64,000 nt of DNA from a virus, in IMG/VR virus record IMGVR_UViG_3300043446_001534, positions 3,989 through 67,988 of that record, one strand, 5' to 3'. The translations under genes and the position numbers were made by a program. The notes under the pieces are model-generated. The model was not told the origin of the DNA. It searched no databases and worked only from the letters and a program-made list of their open reading frames with translations. This document shows positions 20,858 to 30,481 of this stretch, piece by piece. Numbering within the stretch: the first letter of the stretch is position 1; each line of letters begins with the position of its first letter.

Positions 20858-21370
20858 ATCGCGCTTTTCTTTAGCTTTGGCTCTAGCAGCTTTAATCTTA
20901 GCTTGATTCTTTTGAGCTTTAATCATTCGTTCCGCTCTTTGAGCATGATAAGCGTCTACAGCATTTGCACTAGTTCTGCTTTGCCACTCAAACCCACATT
21001 CCGTACATTCAACCATTCGCATAGTTGCCCAGCGTCCGCCAGCCGGACGTTGTACAGTTTTAGTCACTAAATCATAAGTTCCAGTTTTACAACCAGGGCA
21101 CTTAGGAAATCGTTTTCTGCGAATCTCTTGTCCTTCCCAGTTGACGGACAAAGTTCGCTTAATCTCTTTTTCTGACATCCCTCCCCATACGCCATTTATC
21201 TGCTTATTTTCTAGTGCCCACTTTGCACACTCTTTTCTTACCGGGCATGCATCGCATAGTAGCTTTGCGGAAAATATGTCGTTGTTTTTGGTCGAGAAGA
21301 AGAGCTCTATCTTGTCTCGATGTTTTGGTTTTGCGCATTCTGCATCCTCATGCCATTCTTCGCCTATCAC
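20843..21370 (-). CDS. whiB: WhiB-family transcription factor fused to a C-terminal zinc ribbon
   Basis: W..DAEC, C..CPVRKEC and GVWGG motifs, then CPGC...CTECG. Confidence 0.85.
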   Translation of the reverse strand: MIGEEWHEDAECAKPKHRDKIELFFSTKNNDIFSAKLLCDACPVRKECAKWALENKQINGVWGGMSEKEIKRTLSVNWEGQEIRRKRFPKCPGCKTGTYDLVTKTVQRPAGGRWATMRMVECTECGFEWQSRTSANAVDAYHAQRAERMIKAQKNQAKIKAARAKAKEKRDSLSE

Positions 21371-21714
21371 AGGTATTGCACCTCGACGTAGGTAATTTCT
21401 ATAACTTTATCTACTTGGTCGCCGTCAAGTGTAGACCCGTCGTCTTCGCAGACTGTAAGATATATGTCTCCATCTATGGGGCCAGCATACCCCTGAGAGA
21501 TACGACCATTATTTATAAGTTGGAAAGCTTGAGCTAGTGATGAGACTACTCCGTCTCTTTGAATTGCTGATGCTAGGGCTTTTCTTACAACTTCTATGTC
21601 TAAATCAACGTGACCTTCAGTGTAGTAGACCAGTGATAGGTCACCAAAGTTGTAGTGGTAGCCATAGCCTTCCCACTCGGACCAGAGTGACTCGCCTTTT
21701 CTTGAATCTTTCAT
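21367..21714 (-). CDS. Hypothetical protein
   Basis: ORF overlaps the whiB start by 4 nt; TAAAAT upstream on the minus strand. Confidence 0.6.
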   Translation of the reverse strand: MKDSRKGESLWSEWEGYGYHYNFGDLSLVYYTEGHVDLDIEVVRKALASAIQRDGVVSSLAQAFQLINNGRISQGYAGPIDGDIYLTVCEDDGSTLDGDQVDKVIEITYVEVQYL

Positions 21715-21774
21715 AAGAAAAATTTTAGCGAGATTATTTAAGTTTTGTGGTTAGATTACCCGTAAATTACAAAA

Positions 21775-22263
21775 CTAAACTGGCCACACGTATTCGTAGG
21801 TATCAGGTCTATATCCTGGGTCCTCTGCCCAATTAAACTGGGAATACCACTCGTAGTCTTTGTTAAGCAGAGCAGTTCGATGGCTAGAAGCAATTGTTTT
21901 AAAATAAGCAAAATCTGAAAGCCAGGACGGATTATCACTATGCCCATTAATCAGACCAAGCTGGGTGGCTCGCAAAATTGTTGAGTGTGCTTTGTCGCCG
22001 ATAGTAGACTTAAAGCCGCGACGCTTCCACTCGTCAACCATTGCCTGAATATAGCGATATAGGGCATACTCGTGACCACGCCACATTTTAACTGCAGGGT
22101 GGTTTACCCAGCCCTTAGGGACGCGGTGGTTTCCTTGAGGGTCAAGCTCAAGCAGAGTCATAAGAATCTGCCAGCCTTCTAGGGCTTGCTTGTTGAGACG
22201 CTTGTTGTCAAGTACTTTAGCAATGTCTTCAAAGCTGGATGTCAGCGGTACAAATGTTTGCAT
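21775..22263 (-). CDS. Pyrimidine-dimer DNA glycosylase-like protein (MSMEG_6728 family)
   Basis: MQTF.P, LD.KRL.KQ..E..QI, HPAVKMWRG, SHR..LL.KD and Y.WP motifs. Confidence 0.8.
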   Translation of the reverse strand: MQTFVPLTSSFEDIAKVLDNKRLNKQALEGWQILMTLLELDPQGNHRVPKGWVNHPAVKMWRGHEYALYRYIQAMVDEWKRRGFKSTIGDKAHSTILRATQLGLINGHSDNPSWLSDFAYFKTIASSHRTALLNKDYEWYSQFNWAEDPGYRPDTYEYVWPV

Positions 22264-22281
22264 ATTTAAAAAATAGCACTC

Positions 22282-22506
22282 TTACTTGTGTTTGTCAAGT
22301 CCAAATGCACTAAAATTTGCTTTAAGTTTTCCAAAAGCGGTGACTTCAAACTTGCCATCGACTAGCTCGACTTTTAGTTCAGTGTCTACTTTCTCGGCAA
22401 CTTGGTCTTGCGAAATGTCAAAAAATCTAGAAATGTGAGTATTTGCTATTTCCTTGGCTGACTCGTAGTCGCTTGCAAAGAACTTAAGCTCGAAAGATGC
22501 TCTCAC
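22282..22506 (-). CDS. Hypothetical protein
   Basis: Translationally coupled ORF in the operon. Confidence 0.6.
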   Translation of the reverse strand: MRASFELKFFASDYESAKEIANTHISRFFDISQDQVAEKVDTELKVELVDGKFEVTAFGKLKANFSAFGLDKHK

Positions 22507-22934
22507 TATTTTACTCTCTTTTCTAGCCTATCTGGAGAGTAGTGAACTCCCTTAATAGCTGGCTCTTTGTTGTCAGTAATGTCTACGATGATATCACCAT
22601 AGCGAATACCAGTCACCTTACCGCGTCTTCCGTTGTGGATTGTTCCAGAGGTATCGGTAAAAGCATTAGTCTTAACTCTTACTTCATCCCCAACAACAAT
22701 TTGCCCTGGGACAGCCTGCACCCATACCTCATTGGTAGACGACTTTGGCTCTGATAATGCCTCGTTTAGGGCTAGTTTACTAAACACCTCGATTGCTTCC
22801 TTAGCAAGGTTTGGCGATAGCTTTTGGTCTGCTGCCCAAAGCTCGAGAAGCTTTAGCACCATGTTACCTGAGCCAACCTTTACTTTGGCATCTTGCATTT
22901 GCTGGCGTACCCAGTCAAAATTTACTTCTGGCAT
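22506..22934 (-). CDS. Hypothetical protein with a C-terminal SH3/KOW-like barrel
   Basis: VGDEVRV...HNGRRGKVTGIRYGDIIV; RBS AGGAG. Confidence 0.55.
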   Translation of the reverse strand: MPEVNFDWVRQQMQDAKVKVGSGNMVLKLLELWAADQKLSPNLAKEAIEVFSKLALNEALSEPKSSTNEVWVQAVPGQIVVGDEVRVKTNAFTDTSGTIHNGRRGKVTGIRYGDIIVDITDNKEPAIKGVHYSPDRLEKRVK

Positions 22935-22935
22935 G

Positions 22936-23961
22936 TTATCTCCTATTTGTCTGTAGCAGGTTTTGTAATGTTTCTAGGGAGTCCTCTTTGCTAGGTATAG
23001 AGGCTAAATATGCTTCTTTTTGCCTTAAAGCTAGCATAATTCTATCCTCCCCTGACAGCTCTTCTATCCTTGAAGGTAAGACTGCCCAACTCGGAGAAAT
23101 CGAGTAAGCCTCCCGCCATTCGGTAGCTATAGGGGTGGTTAAGGTCATGGCTTGGGCGTACGAGGCTGTCCACCAAGTGCCCCCAATTCGGTCCTGAGGG
23201 GCTGCTAGGAGCCCTATTGAAGACCTAATGGCATTCTCTGCGTCTAGGTCATTTTCCTTCTTAGACGCCTTTAGTGGCTTAATAGGCAGTACTACATGAT
23301 TTACAAGTTTTGTTGCCCATTTAGATTTAGAATCCGTTGTTACCCACTGGGAAGGCTCCAGATTAGGGTCTAAACCAGCTAAATCAGATGATTTAATCAG
23401 TAAAGTGTCAAAATTCAACCCTATAGTGCTTGTACTGGCTCCACTAGGCAGGAGGTCGCTAACAGACTCGTCTGATTTCCAAGGAAGGCTTGGGTAGACA
23501 GTTATTGGCCATGTTTCACTAAGTAGTCTTTCGCAGGCTCTTAGCATTTTATCTAGATTTTTTGGTTCTTTAGCCTGTAGGTACTGTGTTCTTTTTTGAT
23601 AAAAAGGCTTTACTAGGCTAGTCGGGTCTTTTAAAACTGACTTCAAACTTGGCTTAATCAGCCAATGTTTTGGATTATCAATAACTAGGTAAAGATTAGG
23701 TGATGTAAAGAGTTCATCGATTAGTGTCAATGCCCCATAGACTTGGTTTGCGCTCAGGCTGGTAGGCGGTACAAGTCCTACAAATACGGCATCATAAATG
23801 TCTAGGTCAGACTTAGTCCAATTGATATCTGGCTTAGACCAAATAACTTCGTGACCTAGTTCTAAAAGTGCTTGCTCTAGCACTCCATAAAAACCAAGAT
23901 TTGATTGATGTGGTTTCTTAGAGGAGTGGCTGGATGTCATTCCGGTAAGAAGTATCTTCAT
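22936..23961 (-). CDS. GT-B glycosyltransferase resembling T4 DNA beta-glucosyltransferase
   Basis: MKILLTGM, ALLELGHEV, DLDIYDAVFV, LYLVID and SIGLL..WWT..AM motifs; 341 aa. Confidence 0.5.
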   Translation of the reverse strand: MKILLTGMTSSHSSKKPHQSNLGFYGVLEQALLELGHEVIWSKPDINWTKSDLDIYDAVFVGLVPPTSLSANQVYGALTLIDELFTSPNLYLVIDNPKHWLIKPSLKSVLKDPTSLVKPFYQKRTQYLQAKEPKNLDKMLRACERLLSETWPITVYPSLPWKSDESVSDLLPSGASTSTIGLNFDTLLIKSSDLAGLDPNLEPSQWVTTDSKSKWATKLVNHVVLPIKPLKASKKENDLDAENAIRSSIGLLAAPQDRIGGTWWTASYAQAMTLTTPIATEWREAYSISPSWAVLPSRIEELSGEDRIMLALRQKEAYLASIPSKEDSLETLQNLLQTNRR

Positions 23962-23976
23962 AAGTACCTAACTTAG

Positions 23977-24008
23977 TAAGGGAAGGCATCTTTCGATGCC
24001 CTCCCCTA
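23977..24008 (-). terminator. Hairpin after the SSB-like gene
   Basis: Minus strand TAGGGGAGGGCATC-GAAA-GATGCCTTCCCTTA. Confidence 0.6.
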
Positions 24009-24016
24009 ACTTTAGT

Positions 24017-24541
24017 TTAGAATGGTGCGTCAGATGCTGTAACAGGAGCAGCGGGGGCTGGCGCAGGGGCAGGAGCCGGAGCTGGGGCAGGAGCTGGAGC
24101 TGCTGCAACAGGGGCGGATACTGCGGTATCAGCAGGGGACGAGACGTAGTACATCTTAATCTCGTTCTTCTTGTTACCCTGCCATACACGTGAACCAACC
24201 TGGCCACGGAAAGTGCGACCAATAAGAGCCTGCTCAATCTGTGCATTAGATGGGTTCTGGTCAAAGTATGCACGATTCAGGCCAAGAGCAGCCATCTTCT
24301 TGAAGAACATACCTAGGGCAGCTGAAGAGTCTGGAGAAACAACGAGGTTGTCCCATACCAAACGCTTAGCGTGTGGACCGGTCTGCACCTCGGTCTTTAG
24401 CGAGAACATAGTCTTGCCTGACTGAGATACCTTAGCGGTGGCTTCTAGAACCTTTAGGTCGTAGTCGCCGTCTGGTAGTGGCTCGTAGTTGCCTACTTCG
24501 CCTGCCTCTTTAACGAGGTCGCTCCAATTAAGTGAGCTCAT
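24017..24541 (-). CDS. DUF669-like ssDNA-binding protein
   Basis: YEPLPDGDY, SQSGKTM and VWDNLV motifs; AP-repeat linker; ends DAPF. Confidence 0.75.
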   Translation of the reverse strand: MSSLNWSDLVKEAGEVGNYEPLPDGDYDLKVLEATAKVSQSGKTMFSLKTEVQTGPHAKRLVWDNLVVSPDSSAALGMFFKKMAALGLNRAYFDQNPSNAQIEQALIGRTFRGQVGSRVWQGNKKNEIKMYYVSSPADTAVSAPVAAAPAPAPAPAPAPAPAPAAPVTASDAPF

Positions 24542-24546
24542 AGGGA

Positions 24547-25314
24547 TTAGCCTACTTTCTTTGTAGTGGTTTTAGCCTTCTCGCCGAAGACCATGTCGAG
24601 CATACGTTCAATACCTAAGTCACCCTGCTCGACAACTTTGCCGAGGCGACCTTGGACACGCTCACCAGCTTCATATTCTGGAGTGCGTTCCACATACATA
24701 CGACGAACCTTGTAAGGTGGTTGCATCGGGTCAGGGTTGGGTACCTGCTCCACGGTAATTGCACCTAGGATGTCGTAGAAATATGGAGCCTGAATTGCTA
24801 GCTGACCCTGTAGGTAAGGACGATAAACATTGTCCTGCCCTTTACGAGACATAGCAGTCAGAACGATAGCCTCTAGAGGCTGGGTGGGGTGCATCGTTAG
24901 GTCACGCAAGTCACGAAGAAGAGCACCCATGTGGCGAAGCAATTCGCCCCACTGCTGCATCTTCATCTGCTCTGTGCCAGCGATGTTGTCCATGCACTTC
25001 ACCTGCAACTCCGAGATGGAGTCGATGATGAGGGACTTGAACTGGTGCTTGCCGCTCTGAAGCCATTGGAATGCCTTCATAACGACGTCGTAGTCGCGAA
25101 CCTGGACTACAACTGTATCCCAGGTACCGTCAGCCACTGGTGGCTCTTCGCGTACCGGGTCCCAATACTTAACATTGATTGGTAGGAAGCGGTGGCCTCC
25201 CTCAACGTCAAGCATTAGGCGTGGGTATGGTGCTGTGACAGCAAAGGTAGATTTACCAACCTTTGACTCGCCGTGGACCATAATGGTCAAACTGCGTTGT
25301 ACGTCAGACATCAT
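24547..25314 (-). CDS. AAA_24/Sak4-like ATPase (recombinase)
   Basis: Walker A GESKVGKST, LDVEGG and IIDSISE; lies between a Cas4-like nuclease and an SSB. Confidence 0.8.
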   Translation of the reverse strand: MMSDVQRSLTIMVHGESKVGKSTFAVTAPYPRLMLDVEGGHRFLPINVKYWDPVREEPPVADGTWDTVVVQVRDYDVVMKAFQWLQSGKHQFKSLIIDSISELQVKCMDNIAGTEQMKMQQWGELLRHMGALLRDLRDLTMHPTQPLEAIVLTAMSRKGQDNVYRPYLQGQLAIQAPYFYDILGAITVEQVPNPDPMQPPYKVRRMYVERTPEYEAGERVQGRLGKVVEQGDLGIERMLDMVFGEKAKTTTKKVG

Positions 25315-26258
25315 TCACTTCCTTTTTTCTCTTCGGTGGTTCCGTAGTAATCGTAAGGGTTACCAGCCACAAACGAATCTTGTATTGCTGCTTCTGCAGC
25401 ACTTCCGTCATCCATCAAAGGACAAACGGCAAAGAATGGACATTTCCATTTGCAGTCACGACTTGGTCGTGGGTAGGCAACTAACTGATGGCTTACTCCC
25501 TCGTCAAGAGCCTTGCGGACGTTAAGCATATCACCAATTGAGCCCTGAAGTCGTTGCCAGAAGTTACGCAACGAGTAGATGTTGTGCCTAACTTCAATCT
25601 GCTGATAGAACGGAGGCTTTGCGTTAGCAGTACGCTTTACTTTTTTTAGAAGTGTAAAGATACCACCATCAGAACGCTCTCCATCTTTGTTTTGAGCGGC
25701 TTCCAAAGTCATGTAGGTAAGAATCTGTTCGTTCATATGTGCAGTTGCACCAAACTCTGTAAAAGAGCCACCAACAGTTTTGAAGTCGCGGAACATGCGA
25801 GCACCATCTGACTTACGACGAACACGCATATCCAACTTACCTTGAAGTTCAACAGCACCGTCAAACATAGGCATAGAGATAATTTCTTCGTTAGAAATGC
25901 GGTCAAGCTCTACGTCAATGCCTTCATCTTCCACCCAGTCTAGGTAGCCTGAAAGCATGATGTGTCCTAGTTCTGCTTCTGACTCTAGGTCTGAAGTGTC
26001 GCGGTACTCGTCCATCAAAATCTTGCGGTCTTTAGCAACCAACTCTGAGTGTACTTCTAGCAAATCAACCGACATATCAGATGAATAGTATTGGTCTAAA
26101 GCTTCGTGAATACGTGAACCAAGAGCAAGAGCACCAGTAAAGTCTTTCATCTTTGGCTGAAGTCTCAGGTAGTAAGCAAAGTACCAACGTCTACGGCAGT
26201 CTTTAAAAGCTTGGATTTCTGAGTTGGAGATTCTTAGTGGGGGTTGTAGTTCTGTCAT
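25311..26258 (-). CDS. PD-(D/E)XK Cas4/RecB-like exonuclease
   Basis: ISNSEI..FKDCRR, G..IH..L, GKLD, DFKT and C.WKCPF..VC motifs. Confidence 0.8.
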   Translation of the reverse strand: MTELQPPLRISNSEIQAFKDCRRRWYFAYYLRLQPKMKDFTGALALGSRIHEALDQYYSSDMSVDLLEVHSELVAKDRKILMDEYRDTSDLESEAELGHIMLSGYLDWVEDEGIDVELDRISNEEIISMPMFDGAVELQGKLDMRVRRKSDGARMFRDFKTVGGSFTEFGATAHMNEQILTYMTLEAAQNKDGERSDGGIFTLLKKVKRTANAKPPFYQQIEVRHNIYSLRNFWQRLQGSIGDMLNVRKALDEGVSHQLVAYPRPSRDCKWKCPFFAVCPLMDDGSAAEAAIQDSFVAGNPYDYYGTTEEKKGSE

Positions 26259-26265
26259 TGTTGAA

Positions 26266-28089
26266 TCATCTTACCTTGTCTGACCTAAGCATGTCAAGTA
26301 GCTTAGCCCTATCTTTTACAACTTGTTCAAAGTTATCTGCTTTGGTGTCTAGAGCCTGAATTACACGCTCTTCGATTGTGTCCTCGGTCACGTAGTCGGT
26401 AATGAGAATCGAGTCGTGAATCTCAGAGCCGATGCGGTGAACTCGGTCCAGTGCCTGTTTGTAGTCTACGAGAGACCATGGACGCTGAAGCATTACTAGG
26501 CGACGTGCAGCTGTAAGAGTTACGCCCACACCACCAGCCTGTGCAGTGAATAAAATCCACTTGATGCGACCAGACTGGAAGTCATCAATAGCTTTCTGAC
26601 GCTCGTCTTCGGACTGGGCACCAGTAATTAAGCCGTGAGCAATTCCGGCTTTAGTCATGCGTGCACTAAGTAACTCAATTAGTTGTCTGGACACTGCACA
26701 GACTGCAACAGAGTCATCTCCAAAGTCGCCTTCATCAATATCATCCATTAGAGCATCTACCTTACATGATGGCTCTGACAAAACAATTTTTTCTTCTCCA
26801 GTAGTTTCATCAACTACTACATCAGCATACGAACTTGCTAGCTGTAGAAGTCTCAAGGTCTGAGTGAGTGGGTTAGGTGCAACGACCAGTTCTCCAGAAG
26901 ATGCGGACTCTTCTTTTTCTAGCATTGCAATCATGTTGTCACGCATCTGCTCATAGGCTTTTTTCTGCTTTGCAGACATTTCAACATCTCGTCTATCAGT
27001 GATAACTTCTGGAAGCCAAGGAAGAACTCGTTGCTTGAGCATTCGCCTCATTCTTGGATTTACAGCAGAGTAGAATTCTTCCTCCATATGAGGTTTAACT
27101 CCGAGCACCATCATTCCGCCAAAAGCATTCAACATCACATTTACCATACGGTCAATCCACTTGGTTTTGCTAGGCCACTCTTCTGGAGAAATCCAGTGCA
27201 AGATAGCCCACATGTCTACAACGTTATTAGCGATAGGGGTACCAGTTAGAGCAAAGCGAATATCTGCATCGCCGCTTGCGGCCCAAAGTGCGCGGCTCTG
27301 CTTAGATTTAGGGTCCTTTGAGCGGTGCATTTCGTCAGCAATAACTGCTTTGAAGTCAATAGTGTTTAGCTCACGCTGATGCACTTCGCACTTAGTTGGG
27401 GTTACACGAGTATCGTGACCACCGCAGTTTGCACAACGCGATAAGGCAATTGAGCCGTATGGTGCAAGCTTGGAGTGGGTACGCAGCGATTCCCAGTTGA
27501 TTACATAGACATTAGCTTGATGTTCGAACTGAGCGCGACGTTGAGTTGCTGTACCTTTGATAACTTGAACATCAACTCCAGGCCACCATTTTTCAAACTC
27601 TCGTTGCCAGTTCTTCTTCAATGTATTTGGACACACAATCAGGGCGGGGAAAACTTGCTCGCCTCTATCATGCAGCATCTTTAGTCCACGAATTGCCTGA
27701 GCTGTCTTACCTAAACCTGGTTCGTCGGCAAGTAGGGCACGTCGTGCTGTTGATAAAAACTCGACTCCAGCACGCTGGTGAGGGAATAAGTCAGAATTAT
27801 GTGGGTAATCATCTGGCATTACTTCTAAATCGCGAAGTTCATTAGATGGATTGATTCTGGCATTTCTTTCGTTAGCTGCCCAGGCGGAAAGATTAGGTCC
27901 AATTTCTAAACTGTCTTTAAATGTAGAGCGTAGGGCCAAGCAACTTGCCCAAGAGGTTGGTACTCGCCAAATCTGTTCTTTGGCTGACCAGGCGGCTCCC
28001 GGTAAGCTTTTGCAAAGTTCTTTCAAACGCCACTCTGCGTTGATTACGATGTGTCTACCCGTGCTATCGAGTTCTACAGTTACAGGCAC
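26266..28089 (-). CDS. SNF2-family helicase
   Basis: LADEPGLGKT, DEMH, LTGTP, AGGVGVTLT and QALDRVHRIG motifs. Confidence 0.9.
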   Translation of the reverse strand: MPVTVELDSTGRHIVINAEWRLKELCKSLPGAAWSAKEQIWRVPTSWASCLALRSTFKDSLEIGPNLSAWAANERNARINPSNELRDLEVMPDDYPHNSDLFPHQRAGVEFLSTARRALLADEPGLGKTAQAIRGLKMLHDRGEQVFPALIVCPNTLKKNWQREFEKWWPGVDVQVIKGTATQRRAQFEHQANVYVINWESLRTHSKLAPYGSIALSRCANCGGHDTRVTPTKCEVHQRELNTIDFKAVIADEMHRSKDPKSKQSRALWAASGDADIRFALTGTPIANNVVDMWAILHWISPEEWPSKTKWIDRMVNVMLNAFGGMMVLGVKPHMEEEFYSAVNPRMRRMLKQRVLPWLPEVITDRRDVEMSAKQKKAYEQMRDNMIAMLEKEESASSGELVVAPNPLTQTLRLLQLASSYADVVVDETTGEEKIVLSEPSCKVDALMDDIDEGDFGDDSVAVCAVSRQLIELLSARMTKAGIAHGLITGAQSEDERQKAIDDFQSGRIKWILFTAQAGGVGVTLTAARRLVMLQRPWSLVDYKQALDRVHRIGSEIHDSILITDYVTEDTIEERVIQALDTKADNFEQVVKDRAKLLDMLRSDKVR

Positions 28090-28116
28090 TAATGCCTTCC
28101 TTTCGTCATTACGTAC

Positions 28117-28161
28117 ATACTAGCACAAAAAAGTTTCAGTTATTGCATTTTTTGCTAGTAT
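28117..28161 (-). promoter_or_regulatory. Inverted repeat overlapping an extended -10 (TGC-TAGTAT) upstream of the helicase operon
   Basis: ATACTAGCA (28117-25) and TGCTAGTAT (28153-61), with A and T tracts inside. Confidence 0.45.
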
Positions 28162-28166
28162 TTTCT

Positions 28167-28634
28167 CTAATCCAGCAAATTCACAGGTTTCCACCCGGAT
28201 TTGACTAATCTTAGCAGACCATGGCGGATTGCGTCAAGGGCGTGTCCTTCTCCACCTTTATGCCAGTATCCAAGCTTTTTTAGCTTCTCATTGGTAAACA
28301 TTGCTTTTGCATCAGCTGGCGATTGGAAGTAGATATCGTCAGCAGCCATTCCTAGGTCCATCATGCACTGTTTAAGAATGCCAATCTGCTCAAGTGAGTA
28401 TGGGGCTTGCGAGTTCTTCACTGTCTGAGCATTGATGGTAAATCGCTCGCACACAATCTCGATTGGAATTGAACGCATCATTGCATCGGCTAATGCTTCA
28501 CGAATAGGACGTGCATATTTGTCTTGTTGATACTCACCTGACCACATAATCTCTGGCTCTGAGCCATCAATATATGCAAACAGTGCAATACCACTTGCTT
28601 TTCCTGGGTCTACAGATAGAACGAGTTTAGACAT
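28167..28634 (-). CDS. RuvC-like Holliday junction resolvase
   Basis: LSVDPGKASG, IVCERF and HALDAIRH motifs. Confidence 0.75.
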   Translation of the reverse strand: MSKLVLSVDPGKASGIALFAYIDGSEPEIMWSGEYQQDKYARPIREALADAMMRSIPIEIVCERFTINAQTVKNSQAPYSLEQIGILKQCMMDLGMAADDIYFQSPADAKAMFTNEKLKKLGYWHKGGEGHALDAIRHGLLRLVKSGWKPVNLLD

Positions 28635-30447
28635 ATTTTGCTCCCCAGTTTTCTAGTGGGCCATCGACATCGGCAGTGAGGGGCACTGCCCAACCTTCGC
28701 GTGTGGTCATGCACTCACGAACAATCTGCTGAATCTCGGCAGCATCTTCGCGTGGAGCATTTAATACAATTTCATCGTGTACAGGAACGATAAGAAGCTC
28801 GGTAAGGTCTGCTTGGTCAAGCTTGACAAGATTTGACTTAAACACTTCTGCAGCACCACCCTGAATTAGATAGTTGACTAGAGTATACACACGGTCTTCG
28901 TCGCAAGGCAGGCGACGGCCAGTCCAAGTATTTACATATCCCTGACCCTCGGACTGTAGTCGACGCATGCCGATATCTTCTACCTTTTTCTGGAATAAAG
29001 CCATGCCAGGGAATCTTTCGTCAAAAGCATTAGATACAGCACGCATCTGGTCTTCAGGCACGCCAGCAGTAAGAGCCTGCTTAGCAACACCTGCACCATA
29101 GAGGCGTCCATAAACTACACCCTTGATTAGACCACGACGTTTATCTGATTTTTGCATTGACGGGTCTTGATAGATTTCACGACCAATCTCGGTAAATGGG
29201 TCAGAACCAGTTGCGTCAGCAAGGTTAAATAGGTTAATCAAGTTCTCGTCTTGCGACATAGATGCAAACATGCGAAACTCAACCTGGTCCAAGTCAGAGG
29301 TAATGATTACGTGGTTGTCATCTTTGGGCAAGAATGCACGACGCACCGTGTCGTCACCTTTGGGTAGGGTCTGTAAAGCCGGGTTTTGGATGGACATACG
29401 ACCGGTGCGGGCACCAAGGGTTTTGACGGATGGATGGACAAAGCCATTTACGTTGTCGTTGATGAAGTTTGAAAAGTAAGTAGATGCCAGTTTGTCTGCT
29501 TTACGCTGCTTCAATACTGTAGATGCTAGCTCTTGCACCGCTGGCGAGCCATCTCTTACTAAAAGTTTCAATTGGTCTGCAGATGCTGATTTCTGACCAG
29601 ATGGTGTGGTTTCTGTAATAACTGCACCTAGTGCTTCAAACTGACGAACTAGCTGGGCATTACTAGTAATAGATAGCCCATTGTAGTTAGTCTTGGCCCA
29701 TTCTTTCACTTGTTCGGTGTACTGCACTAGTTCGTCATATTTACGTTTTGAATAGTCAAGGTCTAGTCTGGCACCGTTGAGTTCCATGCGGGTAACAATG
29801 CGTCGAGTATTCATCTCTAACTCGTATGCGCGAGAGTATGGTCCGTTTGGTCCACACTTTTCCCAGAACATTTCCCAGAGACGCATAGTTAAGATTGGGT
29901 CAAGAGCACCATAAGCCCAGTATGGTTGATAGTTGATTGGCACTGTGCCCCAAGTCCAACCGTTCTTAATTAGTCCTTCGTCTAGTTGTCCTTGTAGAGC
30001 AGCGGCCTGAGGGTCTACATATTGTTGTGTAAGTTTTTTCAAAGCACCAGAACCAAGTGGGTCAATCAAGTGAGCCATAATCATCGTATCGTGAGCACGT
30101 TCCCATGGCATTTTCCAGCGGGATTGAATTTCAAACCAGCGGGCTTCAAACGCGATGTTGTGGCAAACTAGTGGACCATCAAACTTATCCATAGCTTCGT
30201 AGAAGACGCCATTCCACTCGTCCCACGGAATTGACCAACCAGTTTGGCCATCGCCGACTTGAACTAATCGAAGTTTACCGTGCCAAGGTGATAGCGCATC
30301 TTCACGCTTTCCACCTGGAAGTTCTCCGGTTTCTGTGTCTACTGCTATTGCATTGTATGGGCGACGTTCACTAAGCCAGCTAATAAATCTTTGTGCTTGT
30401 TCTACGCTGTCTACTAGCTCTAGTCTGATGTCTCCTAGACCTGTCAT
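28627..30447 (-). CDS. polA: DNA polymerase family A (3'-5' exonuclease + polymerase)
   Basis: DTET, HN..F, RTGRMS..NP.LQ, D.DQVEFR, K..VYG.LYG, IQG.AA and VHDE motifs. Confidence 0.92.
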   Translation of the reverse strand: MTGLGDIRLELVDSVEQAQRFISWLSERRPYNAIAVDTETGELPGGKREDALSPWHGKLRLVQVGDGQTGWSIPWDEWNGVFYEAMDKFDGPLVCHNIAFEARWFEIQSRWKMPWERAHDTMIMAHLIDPLGSGALKKLTQQYVDPQAAALQGQLDEGLIKNGWTWGTVPINYQPYWAYGALDPILTMRLWEMFWEKCGPNGPYSRAYELEMNTRRIVTRMELNGARLDLDYSKRKYDELVQYTEQVKEWAKTNYNGLSITSNAQLVRQFEALGAVITETTPSGQKSASADQLKLLVRDGSPAVQELASTVLKQRKADKLASTYFSNFINDNVNGFVHPSVKTLGARTGRMSIQNPALQTLPKGDDTVRRAFLPKDDNHVIITSDLDQVEFRMFASMSQDENLINLFNLADATGSDPFTEIGREIYQDPSMQKSDKRRGLIKGVVYGRLYGAGVAKQALTAGVPEDQMRAVSNAFDERFPGMALFQKKVEDIGMRRLQSEGQGYVNTWTGRRLPCDEDRVYTLVNYLIQGGAAEVFKSNLVKLDQADLTELLIVPVHDEIVLNAPREDAAEIQQIVRECMTTREGWAVPLTADVDGPLENWGAKYV

Positions 30448-30481
30448 TTATGTCCTTAATCGTCGTTTGTGTCGTTATTGG

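Noticed and set aside
24050-24105. Tandem nucleotide repeat
   Set aside because: It simply encodes the Ala-Pro linker of the SSB-like protein.
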